Positions 19,023-24,000 of a stretch of DNA of 24,000 bases are shown here, in pieces. Every line of letters begins with the position of its first letter. Position 1 is the stretch's first letter. Source of the stretch: Methanocaldococcus vulcanius M7. GTDB taxonomy: Archaea; AGJL01; Methanococci; Methanococcales; Methanocaldococcaceae. The DNA lies in assembly GCF_000024625.1 (NCBI RefSeq), contig NC_013407.1:1559928-1583927 (forward strand), in the 5' to 3' direction. The notes below the pieces were generated by a model. That model did no database searches, had not been told where the DNA came from, and saw nothing but the letters and a program-made list of their open reading frames with translations. A program made the position numbers and the translations under genes.

Positions 19023-21947
19023 TTAACCTTTAATAACTCCTAATGGTCTCATCCTTGCAACTTTTAATGATATTCCAGCTCTATGGCATGTATCTGCAAC
19101 TAAATCAACACTCTTATATGCTTCTGGTGCTTCCTCTGCCATAACTGCCTTCGAATCACTCATTGCTATAATTCCCATCTCTGCCAATCTTTTCTGTATC
19201 TCTTTACCCTTCCATAATTTTAATGCCTTAGCCCTACTTAGCTTTCTTCCTGCTCCATGAGCAGTTGAACCAAACGTCTCTTTCATAGCAATCTCTGTCC
19301 CTCTCATTAAATATGAGGCAGTTCCCATATCCCCGGGAATGATAACTGGCTGTCCAACATCTTTATATTCTTTTGGTATTTGTGGATGTTTTGGTGGAAA
19401 TGCCCTTGTAGCTCCCTTCCTATGAACTATAACTTTTACCTTTCTTCCATCTATTGTGTGTTCCTCTTTCTTAGCTATGTTATGGGCTACATCATAGACA
19501 ATACTCATCTCTAAATCCTCAGCATGTATTTTAAACACTTCTTCAAAACTCTCTCTAACCCAGTGTGTAATCATCTGTCTATTTGCCCATGCATAGTTTG
19601 CTCCACAACACATTGCCTTGAAGTAACTCTGCCCCTCCTCTGATTCAAATGGAGCACATGCTAATTGTCTATCTGGCAATTTTATTCCATAATTCTTAGC
19701 TGCTTTTTCCATAATTCTTAAATAGTCGGTGCAGATTTGATGTCCTAAACCTCTTGAACCGGTATGCACTAAAACAACAACTTGATTCTCCTCTATTCCA
19801 TATATTTCAGCAGCTTCCTCATCAAATACCTTTTCAACATACTGCACTTCTAAGAAGTGGTTTCCACTTCCCAAGCTACCAAGTTGAACTCTTCCCCTCT
19901 CTTTTGCTTTATCTGAGACATAGGAAGCGTCTGCATCCTCCATACATCCATTTTCTTCAATAAACTCCAAGTCCTCCTTCCATCCATAGCCCTCTTTAAC
20001 TGCCCATCTAACTCCTTCTTCTAACACATCATCCATAACTCCCTTGCTGAACTTTAAAATTCCTTTACTTCCCAAACCAGAAGGGACATTTTTGAATAAG
20101 GTTTTTATAAGCTCTTTTATCTTTGGTTGGACTTCTTCTTTTGTTAAATTTGTTTTTATGAGCCGAACTCCGCAATTCACGTCAAAACCCACACCTCCAG
20201 GGCTTATAACTCCCTCTCTCTGGTCAAAAGCCGCTACTCCTCCGATACAGTTTGAAACTAAAAAGCTATCTGCTATAAAGTTGTGGTCTTTGTGATTTAT
20301 TGTAAAATCATAAACCTCATCTATATCATCAACTTCATCTATACTTTCAATTTCATCCCAAATTAATCCATCTCCAATTTTTCTTTCTTTGATAAATTCT
20401 TCATAGCTTGGGAAGTTTGAAGGGACTCTTATTTCTTTAATTTCTTTTCCATTCTTTAACTTATTCCAAATATCTTTAACGAATCTTTCATCTTCTTTGT
20501 TTATATTTAGCAATCTTATAATCTCTGATGGTTTTTTACCCTCATTAAACAACTCTTTTACCTTTTCAACAAGTGCTTTTCTTCTATTTATCTCTTTTTC
20601 CCTATACTTTAAAAATGCCACTGCATAGCATCCGAGTTCTTGCCTCTCTCTGTTGTATTCATAACCAATCTTTGCCCATAAGTTTATTAAGTTCTTAGAT
20701 GTGCCAATTATTGTTAAAACATATCTAACTGTCCCAATTCCATCAGTTCTTTTGTGAGTTGAGTTTCTTTTTGTAATTGTTGCCTCTACACCAAATTCAT
20801 TTAGTAGTTTAGCAATATTTTCCAAAAATCTTAATGCATCTTCTTTAATCTTTATATTTTTAAATATCTCTAATGTTGGGAATGTAAATAATGCCTTTCT
20901 ATCCTTTCTTAGATATGGTTTTCTTAGCTCAGCTCCAAATAGTGATGATAAGAACAATCTTTTCTGCCATAATTTACAGTTAAATACCCATTCTGGGAAG
21001 TTATACTTCTTTAACGTCTTGTTTCCAAGTGGAACACCCAATGCATGCAGTAAGACAACTAAACTTGATGAATTTACATAGAAGAAGTGGCAGCTATTTT
21101 CCCTTTTATAAACTCTTGAAGGAGTATAACCAATCTTTTTAATGTCTTCCCTAATCCTCTCTAAATCTTCTCTATGTTTTGAGGAAAAGTGTATAATACC
21201 ATCTCCTCTTTTTCCAATAAAGTTAATTGAACCATCTCCAAAGATAAATCCCATAATTTTTAACAAGTAAGGTAGTTTTTTATGATTGTATGTTAATGGA
21301 ATCAAACTTCTTTCTTTTAGTTTTCTTAAGATGATTTCTTTACTCTTTTTGCTTAGATTCAACTCATCCATACATTTAATTATATCATTTTCATCTATTA
21401 TTATATCATCTGTTGGCTCTTCATATTCAACTCCTTCATAAGGATAGATAGCGACTCTATCATTTACTTTTAAGTTTTTAAGCTCAACCATTCCGTTTGG
21501 TGTATAAAATGGATGATCTTCTGTTGCTATCGTTTCATATCCAAGTTTTGTTCTAACTTTATAGATTTTGCAGTATGGCTTTAATTTAAAGAACTTTTTA
21601 ACTTCACTTGCTTCTATTTTCTTATCTTCTGTGTTAAATATATCCACTTTTTCATCTTTTAAACCCTCATAATCTTTTATTCTATAATAAAAGCCGTGTT
21701 CAGTTAAAACCCTTGCATTTGGGTGGAGACAAAAGCCATAGCCGTAATGCACATCAGGCATAGCTATGGAATACTTATAAATTCCCGGCAAGCATGCAAC
21801 GTTCGCTATTTGCTCCAAAACCTCTGGTTCTAACTCATCCAATAGGATTTCATTTAAGTATATCCTTCCCGGAACTCTCATGCAATCTTTATAATCTTTA
21901 GGTAATTCCCAGACAACATCAGAGACCTTTTTTAATCTATCTTTCAT
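19023..21947 (-). CDS. rtcB: RNA 3'-phosphate/5'-OH ligase RtcB, interrupted by an intein
   Basis: Extein motifs [10 protein letters not shown]|...|[52 protein letters not shown]. Extein length is 480 aa once residues 73-566 are removed. AGGTGAT ribosome site at 21951-21957. Confidence 0.95.
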   Translation of the reverse strand: MKDRLKKVSDVVWELPKDYKDCMRVPGRIYLNEILLDELEPEVLEQIANVACLPGIYKYSIAMPDVHYGYGFCLHPNARVLTEHGFYYRIKDYEGLKDEKVDIFNTEDKKIEASEVKKFFKLKPYCKIYKVRTKLGYETIATEDHPFYTPNGMVELKNLKVNDRVAIYPYEGVEYEEPTDDIIIDENDIIKCMDELNLSKKSKEIILRKLKERSLIPLTYNHKKLPYLLKIMGFIFGDGSINFIGKRGDGIIHFSSKHREDLERIREDIKKIGYTPSRVYKRENSCHFFYVNSSSLVVLLHALGVPLGNKTLKKYNFPEWVFNCKLWQKRLFLSSLFGAELRKPYLRKDRKALFTFPTLEIFKNIKIKEDALRFLENIAKLLNEFGVEATITKRNSTHKRTDGIGTVRYVLTIIGTSKNLINLWAKIGYEYNRERQELGCYAVAFLKYREKEINRRKALVEKVKELFNEGKKPSEIIRLLNINKEDERFVKDIWNKLKNGKEIKEIRVPSNFPSYEEFIKERKIGDGLIWDEIESIDEVDDIDEVYDFTINHKDHNFIADSFLVSNCIGGVAAFDQREGVISPGGVGFDVNCGVRLIKTNLTKEEVQPKIKELIKTLFKNVPSGLGSKGILKFSKGVMDDVLEEGVRWAVKEGYGWKEDLEFIEENGCMEDADASYVSDKAKERGRVQLGSLGSGNHFLEVQYVEKVFDEEAAEIYGIEENQVVVLVHTGSRGLGHQICTDYLRIMEKAAKNYGIKLPDRQLACAPFESEEGQSYFKAMCCGANYAWANRQMITHWVRESFEEVFKIHAEDLEMSIVYDVAHNIAKKEEHTIDGRKVKVIVHRKGATRAFPPKHPQIPKEYKDVGQPVIIPGDMGTASYLMRGTEIAMKETFGSTAHGAGRKLSRAKALKLWKGKEIQKRLAEMGIIAMSDSKAVMAEEAPEAYKSVDLVADTCHRAGISLKVARMRPLGVIKG
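20250..21731 (-). mobile_element. 494-codon intein with a LAGLIDADG homing-endonuclease domain inside rtcB
   Basis: Starts with Cys (TGT 21731-21729: CLHPNARVL, block A). Block B TEDHPF. LAGLIDADG-like motifs [14 protein letters not shown] and [14 protein letters not shown]. Blocks [24 protein letters not shown]. Ends with Asn (AAC 20252-20250), followed by +1 Cys (TGT 20249-20247). Confidence 0.92.
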
Positions 21948-21975
21948 AATATCACCTAATTAACATAATATGGAT

Positions 21976-22998
21976 TCAGAGTTTTTTTAATTTTATAAAT
22001 TCGTTAAATGCCTCTCTCGTTGTTCCTACAACTAATCTTAAATATCTATTATTTCCTTCTATAACTTCTTCTAATTTACCTCTCGCAATGAATTCCTCTC
22101 CTTTGAAACATTGTCCAGCGTAAGTATGTGTAAATGAAACTATTTCTTTTATTTCAGAGTTTGTATAGCACTCTACCCTGTAAGTGGCTGGGTTATCAAA
22201 GGCATAATCATCGTTTAGAATTTTTCCTTCTATTTCAATAAAACCTAAGTTTTTATATTTTTTATTCCCATATTCTTCGTTAATTTCGTCCCATTCTCTT
22301 GTAAACAGTAGATCAAACATAGTTCCTTCTACAAGCCCTCTATTGTATTTCCTCTTCTCATAATATATAAATTCTTTATAGGTTAGTGTTCCATCTTTGA
22401 TTCTTTTTTGATATGCGATTTTCCAGAAATCTTCTGAGAGGGGGGATAATTTTCTATCTTCAAACGCTTGTTTTAGTGATTCTCTTGCTTTTTTATGGTT
22501 TTCTTTTCCATAGATGACAAAATCAATATCTGAGTTTTCATTGTTAAGTTTCAGGAGGAGAGATCCACTAACTCCCATATTTTTAAGTGAAACTCCATAC
22601 TCTTCAAGCGTTATAGCCAGTTTTCTACATTTTTTTTCTAATTCGTTAAGATCTTGATCTTCATTGATAATTTCGTTTAAACGTTCTTTTGGCTTTAAAA
22701 TTTGTTTAACATCTTCTTTTGGAATGGCATGCATTAATACATTGTTTATTTCATCGTAAAATAGATATTTTGGGAATTTTTTTTCTAAGAATTTATATGC
22801 GAGGGAAGTGTCCGCAATTTTCACGTATTTTTTACCATTAATCTCTCTAATGTTATTCATTGGAATTTTAAAGTCGATAAATTCATAAGGAACATATCTT
22901 AAAAAAGCGAAAAATCTGTCTTTTGGATGAGAATAGGTGTTTACGGCAAAATATAATCCTTCTGTTGTTTCTATAAAGTCCCTAATCCTAACTCTCAT
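21976..22998 (-). CDS. Pol-beta-superfamily nucleotidyltransferase with an OB-like C-terminal domain, function unknown
   Basis: NTase signature GVSGSLLLKLNNENSDIDFVIYG (hG[GS]x9-13DhDh). The C-terminal beta-rich region IEIEGKILNDD...YRVECYT...FIARGKLEEV looks OB-like by eye. ATG overlaps the upstream stop as ATGA. Confidence 0.65.
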   Translation of the reverse strand: MRVRIRDFIETTEGLYFAVNTYSHPKDRFFAFLRYVPYEFIDFKIPMNNIREINGKKYVKIADTSLAYKFLEKKFPKYLFYDEINNVLMHAIPKEDVKQILKPKERLNEIINEDQDLNELEKKCRKLAITLEEYGVSLKNMGVSGSLLLKLNNENSDIDFVIYGKENHKKARESLKQAFEDRKLSPLSEDFWKIAYQKRIKDGTLTYKEFIYYEKRKYNRGLVEGTMFDLLFTREWDEINEEYGNKKYKNLGFIEIEGKILNDDYAFDNPATYRVECYTNSEIKEIVSFTHTYAGQCFKGEEFIARGKLEEVIEGNNRYLRLVVGTTREAFNEFIKLKKL

Positions 22999-23999
22999 GC
23001 TACCACGTTTGATTTTATCTTTTCAATTCGTTTTGTAACAACTTCGGTGTAGAGTTTTCTTAGTAATTCAATATCTAAGTTAATTTCTCCGTTTTCTATA
23101 ATAAAAGGTATGATGTAATTTTTTATATCTTTATAGGGTAAATCATGATCGCTGGTTTCCATTATGTAATCTTTAAATGAAGCGTTGCTAATCACTAATG
23201 CTCCAAAGTTTTTGATATATTCGATTATTAATCTATAAGCATCATTTTTCGAGTTTAAAACCTTCATTTCGCATTCTTTTAGCAATATTTTGCAGATCTC
23301 TTTCTCTTTTATTTTATAATATGTGGCAGTATCCATCACCACAATAATATTTTTAAATCCTGCGTTTTTAATTTTTTTGATTAAATTACTAATTGCCTGT
23401 TCAGATATATTATGCGGGTTATTCAAAACACTGATAGCATCTATGATAACCATTCTTCTCGAAGGTTTTGGAGGATATATTCTCTTAAAAACTTTTTTTT
23501 CTTTTAAATATTCTCCAAGATAGGATATTATTTCGCTATTTTCAAGATAGTTCTCTAAATCGTCGGTAGTTGTAAACTTTGTAGAATACCATGGTGGAGA
23601 TGTTGAATTAGAAAGTTTATTTAGCATATCTTTTTTTATCTTCATAAGCCGTTCTTTTTCTTTTAATGTATTGTATAATTTATTTAGGGTTATTTCTTCA
23701 TCAATATTTAAATTTGTTAAGATCTTTAATAAGTATCCTTCTTCGAATGTTTCTAATCTAAAATTTTCACAAATTTTTTTTAATTTTAAATACTCTTCAA
23801 GTTCCTTTTTGCTACTAACTCCTACGGCTCTTGCAATTCTATACTCTTCTGCGGTTTTAAAGCCCCTGCTTAATGCATCGTTGTATTCGTAAGCATCTTT
23901 AAATCCTCTTTTTATGGCATCCCTATATTCATTAGCATCTCCAAACCCTAATTTCAATGCATTGGCCAACTCTTCAAAGTTTTTAAATCCTTTGCTCAT
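22995..23999 (-). CDS. Uncharacterised protein: five N-terminal 14-residue repeats plus a C-terminal NYN/Zc3h12a-like (PIN-like) domain
   Basis: Complete ORF (ATG 23999-23997). Repeats GFKNFEELANALKL / GFGDANEYRDAIKR / GFKDAYEYNDALSR / GFKTAEEYRIARAV / GVSSKKELEEYLKL. The C-terminal RRMVIIDAISV...IIVVMDTATYY...NDAYRLIIEYIKNFGALVISNASFKDY resembles the NYN fold pattern, judged by eye. Confidence 0.5.
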   Translation of the reverse strand: MSKGFKNFEELANALKLGFGDANEYRDAIKRGFKDAYEYNDALSRGFKTAEEYRIARAVGVSSKKELEEYLKLKKICENFRLETFEEGYLLKILTNLNIDEEITLNKLYNTLKEKERLMKIKKDMLNKLSNSTSPPWYSTKFTTTDDLENYLENSEIISYLGEYLKEKKVFKRIYPPKPSRRMVIIDAISVLNNPHNISEQAISNLIKKIKNAGFKNIIVVMDTATYYKIKEKEICKILLKECEMKVLNSKNDAYRLIIEYIKNFGALVISNASFKDYIMETSDHDLPYKDIKNYIIPFIIENGEINLDIELLRKLYTEVVTKRIEKIKSNVVA

Positions 24000-24000
24000 T

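Overview
Strongly AT-rich archaeal chromosome segment in which every structural RNA stands out as a GC-rich island. That pattern, with a type-M-like RNase P RNA and methanogen genes (HypF, HycI-type protease, G1P dehydrogenase), points to a hyperthermophilic Methanococcales (Methanocaldococcus-like) genome; this is an inference. Left third (+ strand): SufC and SufB/D, a canonical C/D box sRNA missed by the ORF track, a DUF447-like gene, then an overlapping gene string DUF47(PhoU-like)-PiT-HycI-HypF-EgsA. The partial rps15 lies at the left edge and a DUF155-like membrane protein follows, both on the minus strand. Centre (minus strand): six tRNAs in three promoter/terminator-delimited pairs (Phe-Asn, CAU-Glu, Leu-His). 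A complete rRNA operon follows (16S, tRNA-Ala, 23S, 5S) with bulge-helix-bulge processing stems, and RNase P RNA starts 41 nt after 5S. Right third (minus strand): a split transketolase operon (N-half, rpe, C-half) holding a decayed toxin-antitoxin-like relic, and an RtcB RNA ligase interrupted by a 494-codon LAGLIDADG intein. Upstream of rtcB sit two translationally coupled uncharacterised genes: an NYN/PIN-like protein with five 14-residue N-terminal repeats, and an OB-tailed Pol-beta nucleotidyltransferase. The best candidates for something undescribed are this NYN-like/NTase/RtcB block and a 116-bp duplication of the sufC 3' end enclosing a GC-rich twin-hairpin element. No CRISPR array or IS element was seen. 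All ORFs in the track between about 9980 and 15104 are artefacts of GC-rich RNA genes.
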